In this document: in pieces, positions 1-10,010 of the stretch
Position numbering within the stretch: position 1 is the first letter of the stretch
How the letters are laid out: every line of letters starts with the position of its first letter
Assembly: GCF_000143415.4 (NCBI RefSeq)
Contig: NW_003314493.1
Location: 1-29,902 of the forward strand
Length of the DNA: 29,902 nucleotides
Source: Selaginella moellendorffii
Taxonomy: Eukaryota > Plantae > Lycopodiophyta
Reading direction: 5' to 3'
Notes under the pieces: model-generated
What the model saw: only the letters and a program-made list of their open reading frames with translations
The model's database searches: none
Told to the model about the DNA's origin: nothing
Program-made: the position numbers and the translations under genes

Positions 1-575
1 AAGGATAGTGGGATTTATATCTTCCGTTGGTGCAATTTGCTTACAACAATAGCCAACACAGTGGAACCAAGCTAAGTCCTTACTTTGCCATGTTTGGAAG
101 GCATCCTCGAACAGCGGTGGAGTTGGGATTGCATTTGAGTAAGGACGTTCAAGATAAGCTTGATTCCAAGGCAACTGATCTGGCCACAGAACTTGATGAG
201 ATTCTGGTGGTGTGCAAACAGAATTTGCAAGCAGCTCAGGATAGAGCGGAGAAGTTTGCCAATGAGCATCGCCAATTCCGGGAATATAAGGTGGGTGATC
301 TCGTCTTTGTGCGAGTGATCTTTCCGTCAAGTGAGCGGCGGAACACCTTGGTGCCTTTACGGACAGGGAAGAGTGATAAACTTTCCCATCGATATGCTGG
401 TCCATATGAAGTGCTAGAGCGCATTGGTAAAGCGGCTTATCGGGTGCGGCCGCCAGCTGGGGTGAAAATTCATCCGGTATTTTATGTCAGCCAGTTGAAA
501 GGTGTACTATCTCGGAGTGACGGGCCCAATGCCTCCTTGATGTATACGGCTGTGGAAGATGGACCAGGAGCTTGA
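1..575 (+). pseudogene. Ty3/Gypsy integrase C-terminal region (element 1, 5'-truncated by the window)
   Basis: Translation WDLYLPLVQFAYNNSQHS...SPYFAMFGRHP...KVGDLV...RYAGPYEVLERIGKAAYR...IHPVFYVSQLK is the Gypsy integrase/GPY-F signature. There is an in-frame TAG at 6-8 and no intact chromodomain. Confidence 0.92.
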
Positions 576-636
576 GCAGGATTCCCCAGAAAGGGTGATC
601 ACCGGTACAACTTGTCCTTGGGACAAGGACTTTGTT

Positions 637-648
637 GGGGGGGAAGAA
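637..648 (+). other. Polypurine tract of element 1
   Basis: GGGGGGGAAGAA, one base before the TGTTA LTR start. Confidence 0.8.
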
Positions 649-649
649 T

Positions 650-882
650 TGTTAGGCGCCAACTTTGACTACGTGGTCAACGTCGGTCAAAGGGAGGCTC
701 AAGGGTATATTAAGGCATGTTAGGGTAAGGGACTTAACCTACCCTAGGGCTCACAGTGGAGCGGCGGCGCAGTGGAGCTTTTGAGGTAGCTCGGGGGTGG
801 TTGGGTGGTGAGGAACCTCAAGAGGTGGTGTAGCATAGTCTAGGGCAACTAGATCTTTGTCTTTTTGCGCTGGATCATAACA
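650..882 (+). repeat. 3' LTR of element 1 (233 bp)
   Basis: Starts TGTTA after the PPT and ends TAACA (5-bp terminal inverted repeat), with TATATTAA near 706. The partner LTR is outside the window, so the right end is inferred. Confidence 0.7.
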
Positions 883-1239
883 TGGCGTTCCATTTGACGT
901 GTGTAAGGAACTAAAAAAGGAAACGGCTCAACGGCTTCTTAACAGTATGAATGAGTACCATCCAAAGCGAGGGGTGGAAAACTGGAAGCCAATCCGTCTT
1001 GAAGGCATTGTGCTGCAAATTAGTCCGGACTTTGCTAAAGAAATATTCGAATACAATCCATTCGATGATGCCGAAGATATGCTTGACATATGTATGAAGA
1101 AAGAATTGTTGTAGATTAGACTTTATAGAATAAAAGTAATATTATTCTATGAAAAATTTGTTATTAGTATTTGAAAAGAAAAAACCAGTTTGACATAAAA
1201 GGATCAAAATCATCAGGTTCCAACTGTCATGCATGCAAA

Positions 1240-2387
1240 TGTAAGCCACAAATTTTTCCTTTCCACTTTGCCAGCTTACCTCGCCTATCCGCCCAACACT
1301 GCCTTGGCTTTTGCTAAGTTCCCTCGCCAAGGTTCTCGCCTATGGTACCAGCTCCTACTTGGTTTCAGCTACTCACTGCACGAGCAACGGAGTGTTAGCC
1401 ATCCTTCCATGGATTCCCAAATCACTCCCAATCCCCCTCCCCAGGTTAGACTGGACTTAAGGTTCGGCTACACTCCCCGCAAGCACAAGCAGCCAAGCAC
1501 ACCAAGCTTCCAGGTTCCTAACATCCCTTGGTACCACAAGACTTGATCATGGGACCCTCTAAATCCCAAGTCTTGAGTGCATCACTTGCTTCGGGACGCC
1601 GGGGCGAAACACCGTGGCCTAGCGGCCCGGTATGGGTACCTCTCGCCCCCCACTTCCATCCCGAAGGAAGGCCCAAGCCCCTAGGAAGGGCGAGGACCAA
1701 TGAGCCGCATGGTACTCAAGTGGGGCACCACTCCACATGAGCCAGGAGCACCGCAATCGGTTTCCCTTTCGGGAGTGGGAGCTGCTCTTGAGCACTTCCT
1801 TGGATGGCCCCTCCGGCACCAGCCAAGTCCATGCTCACTCCCACCCAAGGCCCCTCGGTCCCAGTCCCAACCTCAAGTCGGTTTGGAAGCCCAACTGGAG
1901 AGTCCCTTCTAAACTGGTTCCTGGACCTCACTATCCCTACTATACTTTTGGAACCCCCTGCAGCCCCCCCCCCCTGGGAGACGCACGCTTTGGGCTTTCA
2001 CCCCTTGACCCGTATTAGTATTTGGACTTAGTCTCTGGCTCGATCTCGGACCCGATTTCGGATCCGACTTCGGATTCGGGTTCGGACTTGATCACGGACT
2101 CGATCTCGGACCCGATCTCGGACCCGACCTCGGACTCGACCTCGGACTCGGTCTTGGACCCGATTTCGGATCTCGGACTCCGTCTCGAACTCGGTCTCGA
2201 ACTCGGACTCGAACTCGGTCCCCGAGTCGGTCTCGGACTCGATTCCGGACTCTATCTCGAACTCGGTCCTAGAGTCGGTCTTGGACTCGATCCTCGACTT
2301 GGTCCCATCCGATGAACTCTTTGTCACTTCGGTCAAGCTTTTGGGGATCCTTTAGCCTACGACATCTCGGGGAGTCGGTTCCTTACA
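1240..2387 (-). repeat. 3' LTR of chromovirus
   Basis: TGTAAG...CTTACA termini. Direct repeat of 7623-8770, with 4 substitutions found by eye. Confidence 0.97.
2036..2300. repeat. Degenerate 6/12-bp CpG-rich tandem repeat (CTCGGA/CTCGAT) within the LTR; second copy 8419-8683
   Basis: Visible periodic tcggac/tcgatc units, giving low-complexity SDPI/RDRV pseudo-ORFs. Confidence 0.9.
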
Positions 2388-2400
2388 ACTCCACCACCCA
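2388..2400 (-). other. Polypurine tract of chromovirus
   Basis: Minus strand TGGGTGGTGGAGT abuts the 3' LTR start. Confidence 0.75.
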
Positions 2401-2790
2401 TAGAAGAAGTTCGATGCCCACATCGAACGTCTCGTTTTATCCTACGACTTGTTGTCCATGTCTCCGGGGGCATCCCCCCACTTAGCGGTGTGCCTAAGTT
2501 AGCCTCCCCGGCCCAGAGCCCATGACAACGGAATATAGGTGTCCCTATACTCCTTACCTCACCACGCCCTAGTATAGGGTCGGGACTTGAACCCAGCCTT
2601 GCTTTACTAGGGGGTTGGGACTCGAACCCAACCTCCGTAGAATACGTCTACGGATTCGACATCCCCGCAGGGAGTCGGGCGTAGTGCCCTACGCCTGGTC
2701 GACCTATCCAACCCATGCTAATTAGCTTACCTTTGGCGCGCCTTCGGGTCCCAACATATGCCATTAGCTCAACTTTGCAAACTGATATTT

Positions 2791-3172
2791 TTAATTGAAT
2801 TTTGCATAAGTACATAGAGTTCTGCCTTGCAGAAATTCCTCCACTAGATCTCGCGCGTTTGCTAGGTTCTCCTCCGGTTCCCATGTTGCTTCGCAGTGTG
2901 GAAATCCTTTCCACTTCACATGGAACTCTCTCACCTCGCATCCTTGTCGCTTGCTCTTGCGCGCATTGAGGATGGCCTCGACTTCGTATTCCTCTTCCCC
3001 TTGGATAACCTCAGGTAAAGGTCTCACTTGGTCCTTGCGAAGCGGATCCTCAAAGTACGGCTTGAGTAAGTTCACGTGGAACACCGGGTGCATCTTCCCC
3101 ATCTCTCGAGGAAGTCGGAGTCGGTAAGCCACTTTACCGATTCGTGCCTAAATCTCGTAAGGCCCCGCGAAC
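2791..3172 (-). CDS. gag-pol exon 3: integrase GPY/F region and chromodomain (in-frame TAG at 3148-3150 in this copy)
   Basis: FAGPYEI*ARIGKVAYRLRLP...MHPVFHVNLLKPY...EYEVEAIL...FHVKWKGFPHCEATWEPEENL, a canonical chromodomain with aromatic cage residues. Confidence 0.9.
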
Positions 3173-3224
3173 CTGCTTAAGGAACTCAAGATCAATTCAT
3201 TTACGGGAATACATGCATCTTTAC
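3173..3224 (-). other. Putative spliceosomal intron 2 (52 nt, phase 2) in integrase
   Basis: AAG|GTAAAG...TTAAGCAG|GTT. Removal gives KLTQR-FAGPY. Confidence 0.85.
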
Positions 3225-3642
3225 CTTTGGGTCAACTTTCGGCTGATCCCACTTGGTAGTCTGAGGTTCTTGGTGTTCAGCCACACCTTCTCCCCAGCTT
3301 GGAACTCTACATCCCGACGCTTCTGGTTCGCGTATTTGGTTTGCCTTTGTTGAGCCCGTTCCAAGGAATCCCTCACTAGATTCCAAATGCTGAGTCTTTC
3401 TGCCGTGAATGCCTCCACTGCGGGCAACTCTCCATGATACTCGGCCACGCCGAGTTCCACAGGACCTTCAATAGCTCGCCCATTGATGACTTCCCATGGA
3501 CTCACCCCGATGCTTGAGTGTGGTGAGTTGTTATAACACATTTCCGCAAGTCCCAAATGACTTACCCAGTCGGTCTGGTCTCCCGAGACATAGCATCGCA
3601 AATAATCCTCCAGCTGCCTATTCACCCTTTCCGTTTGTCCGT
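3225..3642 (-). CDS. gag-pol exon 2: integrase core C-terminal part with catalytic Glu
   Basis: DGQTERVNRQLEDYLRCYV...WVSHLGLAEMCYNNSPHSSIGVSPW...YANQKRRDVEFQAGEKVWL. Confidence 0.92.
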
Positions 3643-3689
3643 CTGTCAAGAAGTGTTAGTGCCATCAATCTTGACTTAATACCCATTAC
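3643..3689 (-). other. Putative spliceosomal intron 1 (47 nt, phase 1) in integrase
   Basis: CAG|GTAATG...CACTAAC (branch site)...TTCTTGACAG|AC. Removal gives YHPQTDGQTER. Confidence 0.88.
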
Positions 3690-6600
3690 CTGTCTGTGGG
3701 TGATAGGCTGTGCTGAATTTCAATTTGGTGCGATACTGTTCTAGGAGTGCCCTCCAGAACCTACTAGTGAAGATCTTATCTCGATCTGAGATAATCTCTT
3801 CCGGCCTTCCCCGCACTCGAACCACTTGTTCAAAGAACAGCTTCGCCACACCTTCCGCATCCACGTCCATTGTGGTGGGTATGAAATGTGCCATCTTTGA
3901 AAATCGGTCCACCACTACGAATATCGCATCGAACCCCTCGCTTGGGGGTAGTCCCGTGATGAAGTCCATCGTAAGACATTTCCACGGGCGATCTGGAATG
4001 GGGATGCTTTGCAACAAGCCCCCACTAGCCTTAGTCACGGCTTTTACCTGCTGACATGTTGGGCATGTCTTTACATAGTCTTGGACGTCCTTAGCCATAT
4101 CTGGCCAATGGTACTTCCTTTTGAGTAAGCCCATTGTCTTGGGCACTCCGCGGTGTCCCGCAAGAGGTCCGTCATGACACTCTTCTAAGGCCACCTTCCT
4201 TAGTTCCCCTTCTGGAACATACACCCTCGTTTGCTTGTAATAGATGAGTCCGTTGCGTTCCGCATAGCCCGTTTTCTCTTCCGTTGGCAGCTCACCTCTC
4301 TGGTGAGCTTCCCGCGCCTCTAGATTCCTCAGCAACACTTCTTGTGCTAGACCATCGTTCTCATATGCTGTCCGCACATCGTCCCAGAAGGTTGCTGTTG
4401 CACTGGATATTGCCAACCTCAAGCTCGCTTTTCGACTTAGCGCATCCGCCACGATGTTGCTCTTCCCAGGCTTGTACAGAATCTCGCAATCAAACTCAGC
4501 CAAGGCATTGGCCCACCGACCTTGTTTCCCTCTTAGGTCGGGCTGTGACAAGAAGTGTTTCGTTGCCACATTGTCCGTGTAAACCTTGAAGTGTCTCCCA
4601 AGGTAGTGTCGCCACTCCTTGAGTGCTTTGACCACCGCAAACAATTCCTTCTCGTGGGCAGGCCACTTCCGTTGAGCCTTGTCCAGCTTCTTCGAGAAGA
4701 ACGCTACCGGATGGTTGTCCTGCTTCAAAACTGCGCCCAACGCAAAGTCCGAAGCATCCGTTTCTACCTCAAAGTCCTTACCAAAGTCTGGTAATGCCAA
4801 TACGGGAGCCTTCCTCAACTTCCCTTTGAGGTGGACGAATGCCGCCTCGCATTCTGCTGTCCATACCATCTTCCCTTTTCCTGTTTGGTTCGTTAAGGGC
4901 AGGGCTACTCTCGAATAGTGTCTGATAAACTTTCGATAGTAGTTGCATAGCCCCAGGAACGCCCTCAACTCATGTACATTCGATGGTCGCTCCCATTCCT
5001 GGATCGCTTGGACCTTCTCCGGGTCCACCTTGAGCCCGTCCTGGCCCACCACATGCCCGAGAAACTTTACCTCTTGTTGAGCAAAGTCACATTTGCTCTC
5101 TTTAGCATACAGTTTGTGTTCCCTTAGTTTCTCAAACACCTTCGCCAAGTGTTCGGCATGCTCTTCTAGCGTCTCGCTATAGATCAGGATGTCGTCGATA
5201 TAGACGACCACGAAGTGATCCAGATAGGGTACAAAGACGTGGTTCATCAACGCCGAAAACGTTGCCGGCGCATTGCACAGCCCAAAGGGCATCACTAGAA
5301 ACTCAAAGCTCCCATACCTTGTTCGACAGGTTGTCTTCTCGACATCTTCCTCAGCTACCCTGATCTGGTAGTATCCTGACCTTAGGTCAATCCTCGAGAA
5401 GTATTTTGCCTTTCCCAACCTATCGAACAGGTCCTCAATCCTTGGCAAAGGGTACTTGTTCTTCTTGGTATACTTGTTGAGCAACCGGTAATCTATGCAC
5501 ATGCGCATAGATCCATCTTTCTTTTTCACAAATAATACTGGCGCCCCATACGGCGACTTGCTCAACCTAACATACCCTTTGTCCACCAACTCCTCTAGTT
5601 GGCACTTGAGCTCCTTGAGTTCCTTTTCGTTCAAACGATAGGGTGGACGAACCACCGCCTCAGCGCCCTCGACCAGCTCAATCTTATGTTCTATCGGTCG
5701 TGCGGGGGGCAACCCCGCCGGTAGCTCCTCCGGCATGGTATCCTGGAATTGGTCTAACACTCGCTGGATCACTAAAGGCACTTTTTCCGTTCTTGTCTTT
5801 TTGTCACTCTTCACCGAGAGTAAGCACAAAAAGGCTGCCTTAGTTCCTTTAGTGAGTTGTCCTCTCGTGGACACCAGGTTTAAGCAGGATTCTTTGGCCT
5901 TGCTTTGCCCTACCTTTAGATCCTGGGCTTCCACCCTAGATCTTCTTCCTTGGGCATTCGCCAGTACCACAAGGTTTCTACCTTGACCATGCAGGGCTAC
6001 CACGAATCGATTGAACCAGTCCATTCCGAAGATCACGTCAAATCCCGCCATGTCCAACACGGTGAAATCCATGTCCACCTTCCAAGTCCCCACTTCGACT
6101 CTCGCTTGTCGAAGTACCTCATCGGTGCTTTGGCTACCTTGAACAAACTCTATAGTCCTTGGTTCGCCTAGCCGCTGCACCGTTAGTCCGGCTTGCCGGA
6201 CTATGTCTGCAGCCACAAAATTATCCGAAGCACCCGTGTCAATAAGGATCTTAACAAAGCTACCTCCGAGCTTCCCTCGGAGGGCTAGTAGATGTCGCGA
6301 ACGACTCTCTACCAAAGTTGCTCGTGTAATGAGTAACTTTGAGTTAGGGACTGGATCACATACCTCATTTTGGACTTCACCCGACTTGATGGCCATATTG
6401 GCTCTGGCCTTCTTCGGGTAGGGACATTCCCTCGAAAAGTGTCCCGCTTCACCGCAGTTGTAGCATACGTTGTTTCCCACGCTGCTATATGACTTGACCT
6501 TCTTATCCGTGGGTTTGTCTCTTTTCGCTTGACTCCCCCACGTACTTGCTCGCTGGCCACCGGATTTGCCTTTCCGGAATCCCGAGGACTCATTCTTAGA

Positions 6601-7563
6601 GAAACTCTTCTTGAATTTCCCCCTGCTATATGTTCCCCTCGGTTTGGCCCCTTTGTGAAACGTGGATCCCGACCCCGTCGTGTTCCCCTTTCGCAGGTTA
6701 TCGTTGAAATGCACCTTGATGGCCGCATCCAACGCTTCCTTGTAGTTGGTCGGGTTCCAGCGCATCACCTCACCGCGAGCCCAGGTTTGCAAACCTGATA
6801 TAAAGGCATGGAACGCATCCATATCCCCCATGTCCGTGACAAGTATCCTCTTTGCCATGAACCCATTCACATATTCCTGGATGGTTCCAGTCTGCTTCAG
6901 CCTACTCAGCTCATCTCTCAGATGCAGAGTGGCATTCGGAGGAACGTATGTCGCGCGGATCCTCGCCTTCATCATTTCCCAAGTGGCCACCGGTCCTTCG
7001 TTGGCCTCCGTTGTTCTCCACCAAGACTTGGCATTATCTGCCAAGTATGGTTTTGCACATGGGACCTTCTCCGAGCTCGGTAATCGCAACGCTCGGAAGT
7101 AGTCCTCCATATCGTAAAACCAATCCTCCACAACCTTATAGTCGTTCACTCCCTTGAACACCGGTGGGGGCTTTGGTTTGTACTTGGGAACTGCCTGAGG
7201 GACTGATTCCACTTCGGTCTGTTCGACCTTGTCTGGTTTTGCCTCAGTCCCTGCCGAAGGGTCCGCACCTTCTGCGCTGCCAGCATCCGCAGTCTTTCGC
7301 CTTTTCTTCCGCTTCTCGTCACGCTTTAGCTTGCGTACGAGAGTCTCCAGCAGGGCATTGGTCTGCGCCAATTGACCTTCTAGAACGTCCAATCGAGCCT
7401 TGGACGACCGAACCTCGCCACCGGACTCCTGTTTGGAAGTTTCCTCACTAGAGTCCTCCTCATGCAAGGATTCCTCATCCATAGCCTCTTGTTCGACCGG
7501 AGGCTCCAGCTCTGGCGGAGGTTCTGTCTCCGCCTGGGTTCGCTTACGCCCTGCCCTTGCCAT
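3690..7563 (-). CDS. gag-pol exon 1: Gag, CCHC knuckle, protease, RT, RNase H, integrase N-terminal part
   Basis: Motifs: [14 protein letters not shown]; [10 protein letters not shown]; [12 protein letters not shown] and YIDD; [13 protein letters not shown]; [12 protein letters not shown]; MDFITGLP; SDRD. The unspliced ORF stops inside intron 1 at 3676. Confidence 0.97.
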
Positions 7564-7607
7564 CTCCCAGCAATCCGCCTCTATCCTTCGCTAGAACTGA
7601 GGAGAAA

Positions 7608-7619
7608 GCTCCGATACCA
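7608..7619 (-). other. Primer binding site, tRNA-iMet type (TGGTATCGGAGC)
   Basis: Lies 3 nt inside the 5' LTR end, with one A>G difference from the canonical TGGTATCAGAGC. Confidence 0.9.
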
Positions 7620-7622
7620 AAT

Positions 7623-8770
7623 TGTAAGCCACAAATTTTTCCTTTCCACTTTGCCAGCTTACCTCGCCTATCCGCCCAACACTGCCTTGGCTTTTGCTAA
7701 GTTCCCTCGCCAAGGTTCTCGCCTATGGTACCAGCTCCTACTTGGTTTCAGCTACTCACTGCACGAGCAACGGAGTGTTAGCCATCCTTCCATGGATTCC
7801 CAAATCACTCCCAATCCCCCTCCCCGGGTTAGACTGGACTTAAGGTTCGGCTACACTCCCCGCAAGCACAAGCAGCCAAGCACACCAAGCTTCCAGGTTC
7901 CTAACATCCCTTGGTACCACAAGACTTGATCATGGGACCCTCTAAATCCCAAGTCTTGAGTGCATCACTTGCTTCGGGACGCCGGGGCGAAACACCGTGG
8001 CCTAGCGGCCCGGTATGGGTACCTCTCGCCCCCCACTTCCATCCCGAAGGAAGGCCCAAGCCCCTAGGAAGGGCGAGGACCAATGAGCCGCATGGTACTC
8101 AAGTGGGGCACCACTCCACATGAGCCGGGAGCACCGCAATCGGTTTCCCTTTCGGGAGTGGGAGCTGCTCTTGAGCACTTCCTTGGATGGCCCCTCCGGC
8201 ACCAGCCAAGTCCATGCTCACTCCCACCCAAGGCCCCTCGGTCCCAGTCCCAACCTCAAGTCGGTTTGGAAGCCCAACTGGAGAGTCCCTTCTAAACTGG
8301 TTCCTGGACCTCACTATCCCTACTATACTTTTGGAACCCCCTGCAGCCCCCCCCCCCTGGGAGACGCACGCTTTGGGCTTTCACCCCTTGACCCGTATTA
8401 GTATTTGGACTTAGTCTCTGGCTCGATCTCGGACCCGATTTCGGATCCGACTTCGGATTCGGGTTCGGACTCGATCACGGACTCGATCTCGGACCCGATC
8501 TCGGACCCGACCTCGGACTCGACCTCGGACTCGGTCTTGGACCCGATTTCGGATCTCGGACTCCGTCTCGAACTCGGTCTCAAACTCGGACTCGAACTCG
8601 GTCCCCGAGTCGGTCTCGGACTCGATTCCGGACTCTATCTCGAACTCGGTCCTAGAGTCGGTCTTGGACTCGATCCTCGACTTGGTCCCATCCGATGAAC
8701 TCTTTGTCACTTCGGTCAAGCTTTTGGGGATCCTTTAGCCTACGACATCTCGGGGAGTCGGTTCCTTACA
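7623..8770 (-). repeat. 5' LTR of chromovirus
   Basis: Direct repeat of 1240-2387, adjacent to the PBS. Confidence 0.97.
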
Positions 8771-10010
8771 GCAAAGTGTTCCATCAAAAGAGCAATAGGC
8801 TGCTGAGGACTACCTTGTCCAACTCTTTGAAGCCATCAATTTATGTGCCCTTCATGGCAAAAAGAGTCACAATAAGTAAGTATTCAAATAACACACACAA
8901 AAAGATTATAGAATTTATCAACCAGCTTGAAAATTATACATTTAGCCTGTCGGCTTAGAGGAACCTTGGAGCATTTCATTTGATACTACATTTCTTTTTC
9001 TTGCAAGTTCACTTAGAGTTTACCATGCAGCTTATACTTATTGATTAGAATCCTCAAATTTTCTTAGAAAATTGCTGCTACTTTCAGGCATAAATCACTG
9101 TTAATTTCAGTCATCCTCAACCACATATTTTTGGAAAATTAAATGTTCAAAATAAAACCACTGAAGCGTGAAAAAAATATGATCTCTGTTGGATCACTGG
9201 TATAACTACCCATTCTCTTGCTGTCAATGTACTTGTGACCGGAAATTTAAAAAAAAATAGGTGTTTGCTACTGATTCTTGGGTATGGGGTCATGATGAAT
9301 GAGAGAGATACAATGAACAGAGGTATTAATCATGGCGTCTAATCCCAGAACATTGATGGACATTGAATGTACATCAGTGTGATAGTTGATATAGTATAGT
9401 ATGTGAGAGTATATGGTATAGTGTGATGGAATGTATGATTATTTCATTTTATTAAGTTGGACCTTGTGTTTATTATACAAAGCTCAACATGGATGTGTAT
9501 GAAGACAAAAAGGAATGTTTGGCTTTTCGTTGCACTCTTTTCTGTTCTTCAAACACAATCTTGTTCAGAGTTGTGAATTGTGGTTATCAAGGTGGCTAAA
9601 AAATAGTCCACTGGCTATGTTACTGCTGCATGCGCAAATTCATTGTAACACAGCCAGTGGAGTATTTTTTGTGTTCAAGCTCAGGTCTGGGTATTCCTCA
9701 TGTAGCTTGAGCTTTCTCACGTGTAGATCCATTTATGATACTAGATTTTGACACAACACATTATAAGAAAGACCAGATACTAAACAACAGCATGGCTGTC
9801 CATTCGTCCAGTGTCAAAAAGGTATGTTTTCATGAAGATCTCATACATGAAATTACATGATAGATATGGAATCATGGTAAATATTTGCAGTATGCTTTTT
9901 CAGTAAAATGAACCACAAAATTATCTTAGGGAAGCTTCCTACATGTCCCATCAATGTCTTCAACCAGTTACCAATGGAATGGATAGATTTTCAAAAAGAG
10001 TCTATCGGTT

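Larger units (their letters stand above)
1240..8770 (-). mobile_element. Full-length Ty3/Gypsy chromovirus LTR retrotransposon (7531 bp)
   Basis: Two 1148-bp TG..CA LTRs, 5-bp TSD GCAAA (1235-1239 and 8771-8775), PBS, PPT and gag-PR-RT-RH-IN-chromodomain order. Confidence 0.98.

Noticed and set aside
2036-2300. CRISPR-like array
   Set aside because: Degenerate contiguous repeats with no unique spacers, no cas genes and a eukaryotic context.
2022-2336. SDPI/ESE/RDRV-rich ORFs (also 8398-8719)
   Set aside because: Translations of the LTR hexamer repeat, with no evidence of coding function.
2575-2640. tRNA gene or tRNA-derived SINE
   Set aside because: Only T-arm-like motifs are present. No full cloverleaf, A-box, tail or TSD was seen.
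3643-3689. Integrase breaks read as ordinary frameshifts or programmed ribosomal frameshifting
   Set aside because: They are discrete 47- and 52-nt extra segments with GT-AG ends. Removing them restores conserved motifs with no residue gained or lost.
3710-7594. Many short plus-strand ORFs
   Set aside because: Antisense shadows of gag-pol.
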